DNA of 32,000 nt from Pseudomonas phage MP1412. Below the pieces are notes generated by a model. It saw only the letters and a list, made by a program, of their open reading frames with translations, did no database searches and was not told the DNA's origin. Every line of letters begins with the position of its first letter. Position 1 is the stretch's first letter. Shown piece by piece: positions 26,187 to 32,000 of this stretch. The position numbers and the translations under genes were made by a program. The stretch is from the sequence record JX131330.1; one strand, given 5' to 3'.

Positions 26187-26782
26187 GCTGGCTGCGGAGC
26201 CTGTTCAGGCGGACGCCCGCCGCCCCGCCGCCGGAGTCGGGACCGATCACCTGGCCCGGGATGATGGCCCCGGGCTTCGACCAACAACCCCTACCGGAGA
26301 AACACCCCTTGGAACTTGATCATGAACAGTGGGGCAGCGTGGTGAAAAACGACTTCATCAGGACCTTCTTGGGCGACCGCCTGGGGTTCGGAGTCGCCCG
26401 CCAGGTGTACGCCCTCCACGGACAGACCGCCCTTGTGGCTAAGGTCGAAACCACCGCGCAGTCCTTCCAGAATGTCGCGGAATGGCAGATGTGGCACGAG
26501 GTCCAATTCACCCCCTGGGCGCGCTGGTTCGCCCCGTGTCGCCGCATCAGCCCCTGTGGTATCGTCCTGATCCAGGAGCGGACGCGACCCCTGCCCCATG
26601 GCGAACTGCCGAAGGAGCTGCCCGACTTCTTCACCGACCTGAAGCCGGAGAACTTCGGCCTGATCGACGGGCAGGTGGTGTGTCATGACTACGCCCTCCA
26701 CCTCGCCTCCTCGAACTGGTTGGGCAAGGCGAAGATGAAGAAGGTGAAGAAGGACGAATGGCGACTGCCTGACGAAGATTGA
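26165..26782 (+). CDS. minimal protein-kinase-like fold protein
   Basis: LGFGVARQVYALHGQTALVAKVET (Gly-loop plus VAIK-like lysine) and FFTDLKPENFGLIDGQVVCHDYA (DLKPEN catalytic loop plus DFG-like HDYA). Confidence 0.55.
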   Translation: MDHERVLSWLRSLFRRTPAAPPPESGPITWPGMMAPGFDQQPLPEKHPLELDHEQWGSVVKNDFIRTFLGDRLGFGVARQVYALHGQTALVAKVETTAQSFQNVAEWQMWHEVQFTPWARWFAPCRRISPCGIVLIQERTRPLPHGELPKELPDFFTDLKPENFGLIDGQVVCHDYALHLASSNWLGKAKMKKVKKDEWRLPDED

Positions 26783-26808
26783 CAACCCGACAGAAACGGA
26801 GAACAGAC

Positions 26809-27492
26809 ATGGAACATATCGACATGACGGACGTCACTGCTGAGTTCATCGACAACCAAGGTGTGGCTGACTTCGCGGACGCTATGCGCCGCAAGCTGGA
26901 GAAGAAGCGGGCGGAGGGCCGGGGCGGTTGGCACGACCCCGACCAGTGTCAACTGGACACCCTCGCGGTGATGCTGCTGGATCACCTGGAGAAGGGCGAC
27001 CCCGTGGACATCGGCAACTTCGCCATGATGCTGTACAACCGCGGCGACGGAGCGGACGGTCAGCCCTCCGTCCTCGGGGCGACCTTCCGCGAATGGCTGG
27101 ATCACCAGCTCAAGGCCCGGGACATCGTCGCCTCGAACCTCCAAGCCGCTCTGGACAAGGCCGCGGCCCGGATCGCGGAGCTGGAGGGGATCGCCGGACG
27201 CCTCGAAGGCGAGCGCAACGAGGCCCGCCGGTCGCTGGACAAGGAGCGGGAGGTGTTCCGCAAGGAGCTGGAGGCGGAGCGGGACGCCCGCCGCCGGTCG
27301 GAGCTGAACCTGGCCCGTGCCCAAGGGTACATCGACCGCGTGACGGAAGGCGAACCGCCGCTGCCGGGAGTGCGCAACGAGGTCCATGAGCGGGTCGGAC
27401 AGGTCGGGGTCAGCTACATCAGCGGACCGGATCGCCGCGGACCGCGCCTTGACCTGGGCGAACCCCACCGCGACCCCTATCAATTCCGCTGA
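26809..27492 (+). CDS. conserved phage protein, coiled coil
   Basis: Preceded by CAGAAACGGAGAACAG. Long coiled-coil middle (ARIAELEGIAGRLEGERNEARRSLDKEREVFRKELEAERDA). Confidence 0.65.
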   Translation: MEHIDMTDVTAEFIDNQGVADFADAMRRKLEKKRAEGRGGWHDPDQCQLDTLAVMLLDHLEKGDPVDIGNFAMMLYNRGDGADGQPSVLGATFREWLDHQLKARDIVASNLQAALDKAAARIAELEGIAGRLEGERNEARRSLDKEREVFRKELEAERDARRRSELNLARAQGYIDRVTEGEPPLPGVRNEVHERVGQVGVSYISGPDRRGPRLDLGEPHRDPYQFR

Positions 27493-27773
27493 TGGCCCGC
27501 CGGAAACCCCGCCGCGGGGAGTACGTCTGCACCTGCGGGGCCTATCGGTTCCCGCACCGCTTCGGAGGCGGTCGCTGCTCGGGCTACTTCATCGCCGTGG
27601 AGCAGTGGGAGTCGCACTATGGGACCGGCGACTGCCACCACTGTAACTGCCTCAACCGGACGGAGGCCGTGCCCTACTGCGAAGTGGTGGAGGGCGGCGA
27701 GTCGGTCCAGGAATGCCCCGTGTGGCAAGAGTTTGTACGATTCAATGAGATCAAACTGAAGAAGGAGAAGTGA
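27492..27773 (+). CDS. cysteine-rich putative zinc-binding protein
   Basis: VCTCG...CSG...GDCHHCNCLN...YCEV...CPVW. Confidence 0.6.
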   Translation: MARRKPRRGEYVCTCGAYRFPHRFGGGRCSGYFIAVEQWESHYGTGDCHHCNCLNRTEAVPYCEVVEGGESVQECPVWQEFVRFNEIKLKKEK

Positions 27774-27774
27774 C

Positions 27775-28347
27775 ATGAGCGACGACAACACGATGGACAG
27801 CGTGATGATTGACCTGGAGACGATGGCGACCGGCCCCAACGCCGGGGTCATTCAGGTCGGGGCGATCCCGTTCAACAGCCGAACCGGATTGGTGAAGCCG
27901 GACCTGTTCGAGGTGGACGTGGACCTCCACAGCGCCCTGATGCTGGGCGGCGAGGTCGATGCCTCCACGGTCCAGTTCTGGAGGGACCAGGGCGGACTCC
28001 AGCCCAAGCGCCCGCCGAAGGCGATGCGCTCCGCGCTGACGGACCTCGCCCGCTGGTTGGGCAAGTACCCGGACCTGAAGCGGGTCTGGGCCCAGGGGCC
28101 GTCCTTTGACGTCGCCATTCTTGAGGGTTACTATCGCCGGGCGGGCGTCCCGATTCCGTGGGGCTATTCCATGGCCCGGGACACCCGCACCGTGTATGAC
28201 CTGGCGAAGGAGCGGGGCTGGTCGAAGCCGGAGGGGACGCAAGCCGTTCACACCAGCCTGGAGGACTGCCGCCGCCAGATCATCTGCCTCATGAGCGCCC
28301 TGAACGTCCTCCGGGGCAACCCTGAAGGAGAACCCAAGATTGGCTGA
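27775..28347 (+). CDS. DEDD-family 3'-5' exonuclease (RNase T/Rv2179c-like)
   Basis: VMIDLETMATGPNAGVIQVGAI, VWAQGPSFDVAILEGYY, HTSLEDCRRQI. Confidence 0.82.
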   Translation: MSDDNTMDSVMIDLETMATGPNAGVIQVGAIPFNSRTGLVKPDLFEVDVDLHSALMLGGEVDASTVQFWRDQGGLQPKRPPKAMRSALTDLARWLGKYPDLKRVWAQGPSFDVAILEGYYRRAGVPIPWGYSMARDTRTVYDLAKERGWSKPEGTQAVHTSLEDCRRQIICLMSALNVLRGNPEGEPKIG

Positions 28348-28531
28348 CGAAATCGACTTGAGCAATGACCGCATCCTCCACGACACGGACCGCGAAGTGG
28401 CCCGGATCGCGGAGGCCGCGGCGAAGATTCCGCCCGGGGAGCCGGGCGACTGTGACCTGTGTTGCGAATGGAGCGGGAGGCTGGTGGGAGGAGTCTGTGC
28501 GCCCTGTCGGGACCGCCACAAGTTGCCGTGA
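28340..28531 (+). CDS. TraR/DksA-like zinc-finger protein
   Basis: 63 aa. REVARIAEAA...GDCDLCCEWSGRLVGGVCAPCRD (CxxC...CxxC). Confidence 0.55.
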   Translation: MADEIDLSNDRILHDTDREVARIAEAAAKIPPGEPGDCDLCCEWSGRLVGGVCAPCRDRHKLP

Positions 28532-28556
28532 ATCGAAGAAAGTTGTATGAGGGGGC

Positions 28557-28585
28557 TTTACTTCTTCGGGAGCCCCCACTATACT
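28557..28585 (+). promoter_or_regulatory. composite promoter element copy 6
   Basis: TTTACT 28557-28562, 17 nt, TATACT 28580-28585, flanks TTTACTTCTTCGGG and CACTATACTTTCTTCAC. Confidence 0.88.
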
Positions 28586-28631
28586 TTCTTCACGTTCAAC
28601 AAGAACGGCAACCACAGAAATGGAGAACATC

Positions 28632-29240
28632 ATGGCCCGCACCGCTTCCTTCTACATCGACCGCGCCACCGCCCGCTTCGAGGCTGGTTTCACCTCCAAG
28701 GCCGCTCAACAAGAAGCCCTCCGCGACCTCAACAGCGCCTTCGAGCTGCTGAAGCGCGACATCACCGGCCTGGTCCTGGACATCGACCGGGACGCCCGCA
28801 CCGCGGATCATGATGACGTGTACTGGAACCTGGCCGACTACCCCCACAACTGGAAGGCCAAGCACTCCGCCCTCGCCCTCCGCGTGTTCCCGCAGACCGC
28901 CGCGACCGTCGCCCAGATCGAAGCCCTGGTGACCTTCCGCGCCGCCGTGAAGGCCGCCCCGGTGGTGAAGGTCGAACGCGCCAGCGACACCGCCAAGGTC
29001 GAAGCCGTGACCAAGTCCATCCGCGACCTGATGGAGCTGCGCCAGGAGCAGTACAACAACGCCCTCCGCCTCCACGACATCTTCGGTGGGCTCCCGGTCC
29101 ACGCCAACGTCCACTACGTGACCAACCAGCACGGCACCACCTTCCTCCGGGCCTTCTACTACCTGAACGGCACCCTGACCCCGCTGTCTATCATCATCGC
29201 CGCCGCGGAGGCGAAGGCCCGGGAAGCCGAAGGCAAGTGA
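28632..29240 (+). CDS. hypothetical protein
   Basis: ATG after CAGAAATGGAGAACATC. 202 aa. Confidence 0.7.
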   Translation: MARTASFYIDRATARFEAGFTSKAAQQEALRDLNSAFELLKRDITGLVLDIDRDARTADHDDVYWNLADYPHNWKAKHSALALRVFPQTAATVAQIEALVTFRAAVKAAPVVKVERASDTAKVEAVTKSIRDLMELRQEQYNNALRLHDIFGGLPVHANVHYVTNQHGTTFLRAFYYLNGTLTPLSIIIAAAEAKAREAEGK

Positions 29241-29248
29241 GACGAAGC

Positions 29249-29268
29249 GGGAGGGCTCCGGCCCTCCC
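29249..29268 (+). other. intergenic hairpin with UNCG-type loop
   Basis: GGGAGGGC-TCCG-GCCCTCCC perfect 8 bp stem, no U-tract. Confidence 0.55.
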
Positions 29269-29294
29269 CCGAACCCAAGAAAAGGAGCCCGCCG

Positions 29295-29765
29295 ATGCGC
29301 CCCAACCTCCTCGAAGCCCTCCGCGCAATGACGGAGGGCGAGCTGTACGCCGCCCTGTACCAGGACCCCCTCACCGGGGTCCTGAACCGCCGGGCCTTTG
29401 CCGGGGCCGTTGAGGAGGCGCGGGCCGTCGCCCTCGTGGACATGGACTCGCTGAAGTGGATCAACGACAACCTCGGTCACAGGGCCGGTGATCGAGCCCT
29501 CCAGGTCCTCGCGGATGCCCTCGTGCGGTCCTTCGGAGCTGACTGGGTGTTCCGGGTGTCGGGCGATGAGTTCGCCGTCATGGACGGAGACGCTGAACAG
29601 CTCACCCAACGGCTCCTTCTCCTGCGTTGCTCAGTCCCGGGTTTCAGCTTCGGGACCGGATCGGACATGGCGGAGGCGGACCGCGACCTGCGACACGACA
29701 AAGCGGAGCGGGAGAAGTCCGGCCACCGGGCCGCGCGAGGGCTCCGACCGCCGTGGGTGCCTTGA
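29295..29765 (+). CDS. GGDEF (diguanylate cyclase-like) domain protein
   Basis: YQDPLTGVLNRRAFAGAVE, ALVDMDSLKWINDNLGHRAGDRALQVLADAL, WVFRVSGDEFAVMDG. Confidence 0.85.
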   Translation: MRPNLLEALRAMTEGELYAALYQDPLTGVLNRRAFAGAVEEARAVALVDMDSLKWINDNLGHRAGDRALQVLADALVRSFGADWVFRVSGDEFAVMDGDAEQLTQRLLLLRCSVPGFSFGTGSDMAEADRDLRHDKAEREKSGHRAARGLRPPWVP

Positions 29766-29779
29766 ACACCCGGCGGGGC

Positions 29780-29808
29780 TTTACTTCTTCGGGTCCCGCC
29801 ACTATACT
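29780..29808 (+). promoter_or_regulatory. composite promoter element copy 7
   Basis: TTTACT 29780-29785, 17 nt, TATACT 29803-29808, flanks TTTACTTCTTCGGG and CACTATACTTTCTTCAC. 35 nt before the ArdB/KlcA-like ATG. Confidence 0.88.
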
Positions 29809-29842
29809 TTCTTCACCTCAATCAGAAATGGAGAACCCCGAC

Positions 29843-30256
29843 ATGAGCAAGATCACCGCAACCCGCATCGACAACGATGAGCAGCGCCTCCAAGTCCTCC
29901 CGGCCCACTTCGGGGCGGACTTCCTCCGGGTCGAAATGGCCCTGTATGACCACCTCCAGAAGATGGCCCCGGAGGACTACAACGGCGGGTACTGGTTCAT
30001 GTACCAGCTGTCCAACGGTGCGATGTACCTGGCCCCCGCGATCACCGACCGGAAGCTGCGACTGACCGTGGACACCAACGGCTACTCGGGCGAGGTCAGC
30101 GGAGACGCCGCGGGCCTGATCACCTGCCTGTTCGTGTTCAACGCCCTCTGCTGGAAGTACCCGCAGCGCCAGGACTACGTGGACCTGTTCTACAAGCTGC
30201 GTGACTTCGCCTTCGACCACCCGGAGGCTGAGGAAATCATCGCCGCCATCGACTGA
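29843..30256 (+). CDS. ArdB/KlcA-like antirestriction protein
   Basis: LPAHFGADFLRVEMALYDHLQKMAPEDYNGGYWFMYQLSNGAMYLAP...GYSGEVSGDAAGLITCLFVFNAL. Confidence 0.82.
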   Translation: MSKITATRIDNDEQRLQVLPAHFGADFLRVEMALYDHLQKMAPEDYNGGYWFMYQLSNGAMYLAPAITDRKLRLTVDTNGYSGEVSGDAAGLITCLFVFNALCWKYPQRQDYVDLFYKLRDFAFDHPEAEEIIAAID

Positions 30257-30264
30257 CCAACCCC

Positions 30265-30289
30265 TCGGGGCGGAGCCGATCCGCCCCGA
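30265..30289 (+). other. intergenic hairpin
   Basis: TCGGGGCGGA-GCCGA-TCCGCCCCGA perfect 10 bp stem, weakly pyrimidine-rich tail ACTTCCC. Confidence 0.6.
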
Positions 30290-30313
30290 ACTTCCCAGAA
30301 AAGGAGCAAAACC

Positions 30314-30655
30314 ATGACCAAGACCGCCCCCAAGACCGCCCCCAAGACCAACCTCCTGGAGGAGACCATCAACCAAGGTCGCCAGGACGTGACCGCCCGC
30401 CGCGTCCTGTCCCTGGGCGACTTCAAGGTGCGCCTCACGATCAAGTCCGACAGCTACAAGTTCCAGTCCTTCGCCCGGGCGGAAGTCTGGAACCCGGCGA
30501 CCCTGAGCTGGAACCAGGTCCACTCCATCCACTACGCTGAAATGGCGACCCCGGAGGGCCTGTGCTACCACCCGAACAAGTCCGGCCTGAAGATCACCCA
30601 CTTCACCCGCGACTTCGACCGCCTGCTGACGATGGTCAAGCAGATCATCCTGTAA
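30314..30655 (+). CDS. hypothetical protein
   Basis: 113 aa, strong AGAAAAGGAG ribosome-binding site. Confidence 0.6.
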   Translation: MTKTAPKTAPKTNLLEETINQGRQDVTARRVLSLGDFKVRLTIKSDSYKFQSFARAEVWNPATLSWNQVHSIHYAEMATPEGLCYHPNKSGLKITHFTRDFDRLLTMVKQIIL

Positions 30656-30690
30656 TCCCAACCGCAACCACCCTTGAAAAGGAGAATCAC

Positions 30691-31875
30691 ATGAGCCACT
30701 TCGCCGTCCTGGTCATCACTGACCAAAAACCCACCGAAGCCGTCCTGGAGGAGGCCCTGGCCCCGTTCCACGAGTTCGAGTGCACCGGCACCGTCAATGA
30801 GTACGTCCAGAGCGTGAACCAGCTCCAGGAAGCCCGCGAGGAGTACGCGGGCCGCACGGAGCGCCGTTTCCAGGCCCCGGACGGGACCTTGTTCAGCCCC
30901 TATGATGACCAGTTCTACCGCGACCCGACCCCGGAGGAGTCCCAGAAGATCGGACGGATTGCCGGCACGGGTTGCGGCTCGGGTCTGTCCTGGACCTCGA
31001 AGGATTGGGGCGACGGTCAAGGCTATCGCACCAAGATTCACTTCCAGCCGGAAGGCTTCGAGGAGGTGGAGCTGAACGGCGAGGAGGTCCGCACCTTCCG
31101 CGAGTTTGTTGAATACTATTATGAGCGCCCCCTCCTGGCGGAAGGCGACGCGCCGGACCTCGAAGGCGAACACAAGTGGGGCTGGTATCGGGTCAATGAC
31201 GAGGGTGAGGTCAGTGAACTGATCGACCGCACCAACCCCAACAAGAAGTGGGACTGGTGGGTGGTTGGCGGTCGCTGGTCCGGCTTCCTGACCCCCAAAG
31301 CGGAAGCGGACGCCCGGGACCCTTCGGACCCGGACGCCCCGGCGAAAGGACGCCCGGGGTTGATGGGCTCCGAAGCGAACCCGGCGGGAGTGGACGTGAT
31401 CCGCAAGGGTGACGTGGACTTCGAGGCGATGAGGGCCGAAGCCCGCCGCGAGGCGAGCGCAAAATGGAACAAGGTCCGGGAGATCATCGGGCCGGTCATG
31501 GACGGCTTCGTTGGCTGGGAGAAGGTCCGTGAAGAACTGTTCCCTGGGGACATCGACAAGGCCCGCGAGTTCTATCACGCCCAACCCGCGAAGAAGGCCC
31601 TGGCGGAGGCGGCGAAAGCCGACCAGAGCCTGTTCTGGGTCAACGTGGAGGACTTCCTGGGCGAGCACGACCCCTACGTTGAACAGGCCGGCCATCGCGC
31701 CACGGTTCTGTTCGCGGCTCTGAAGGACGGTCAGTGGGTGGAGCGGGGTCAGATGGGTTGGTGGGGCTGCGTCTCGAACGAGAAGGACCGCGACACCTGG
31801 GACAGCGACTTCAACGCGATGCTGGACGCCCTCCCGGAGGATGCCTGGCTCACCGTGGTTGACTGCCACATCTGA
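30691..31875 (+). CDS. conserved phage/plasmid hypothetical protein (MSHFxVLVI family)
   Basis: MSHFAVLVITDQKPTEAVLEEALAPFHEFECTG...NPNKKWDWWVVGGRWSGFL. Ribosome-binding site AAAAGGAG. Confidence 0.7.
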   Translation: MSHFAVLVITDQKPTEAVLEEALAPFHEFECTGTVNEYVQSVNQLQEAREEYAGRTERRFQAPDGTLFSPYDDQFYRDPTPEESQKIGRIAGTGCGSGLSWTSKDWGDGQGYRTKIHFQPEGFEEVELNGEEVRTFREFVEYYYERPLLAEGDAPDLEGEHKWGWYRVNDEGEVSELIDRTNPNKKWDWWVVGGRWSGFLTPKAEADARDPSDPDAPAKGRPGLMGSEANPAGVDVIRKGDVDFEAMRAEARREASAKWNKVREIIGPVMDGFVGWEKVREELFPGDIDKAREFYHAQPAKKALAEAAKADQSLFWVNVEDFLGEHDPYVEQAGHRATVLFAALKDGQWVERGQMGWWGCVSNEKDRDTWDSDFNAMLDALPEDAWLTVVDCHI

Positions 31876-31883
31876 CGTCACGT

Positions 31884-31905
31884 ACCGGAGCCCACGGGCT
31901 CCGGT
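31884..31905 (+). other. 22 nt perfect palindrome/hairpin
   Basis: ACCGGAGCCCA/CGGGCTCCGGT region: ACCGGAGCCC-AC-GGGCTCCGGT. Confidence 0.55.
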
Positions 31906-31936
31906 CGAAAAACATTGTACAGAAGGAGCAACGACC

Positions 31937-32000
31937 ATGACCCACATCAACTTCGACGCGACCCCGGAGGACGCGGCCCTGATCGAACAGATCGTGGACC
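31937..32000 (+). CDS. hypothetical protein (truncated by window end)
   Basis: ATG after GAAGGAGCAACGACC; open to the end (MTHINFDATPEDAALIEQIVD). Confidence 0.5.
   Translation, partial: MTHINFDATPEDAALIEQIVD

Overview
This 32 kb window is part of a high-GC tailed-phage genome. All convincing genes are on the + strand. It holds a replication and nucleotide-metabolism region plus early/accessory genes; no structural or packaging genes, tRNAs, integrase or CRISPR were seen. Recognisable genes include a SNF2-type helicase (5'-truncated), RecD/Dda-like helicase, AdoCbl-type ribonucleotide reductase, family A DNA polymerase, primase-helicase, dCMP deaminase, VRR-NUC-like nuclease, GIY-YIG endonuclease, MazG-like protein, DEDD exonuclease, GGDEF-domain protein, and an ArdB/KlcA-like antirestriction protein. 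The centrepiece (about 7.1-14.2 kb) looks like a thymidine hypermodification island: an aGPT-Pplase/amino-acid:DNA-transferase-like helical protein, a fold-type-II PLP enzyme, a radical SAM enzyme, a P-loop 5-hmdU DNA kinase-like protein, a separate HMUDK_hel-like helical protein, an Nmad5-like protein, a thymidylate-synthase/dUMP-hydroxymethylase homologue and an HD phosphohydrolase. The most striking non-coding signal is a seven-copy composite promoter, TTTACTTCTTC(g/c)G...CACTATACTTYYTTCAC. Its -35-like and -10-like hexamers are separated by exactly 17 nt in all seven copies, and each copy sits just upstream of a gene. Family assignments come from motif recognition by eye and need HMM or structure searches.
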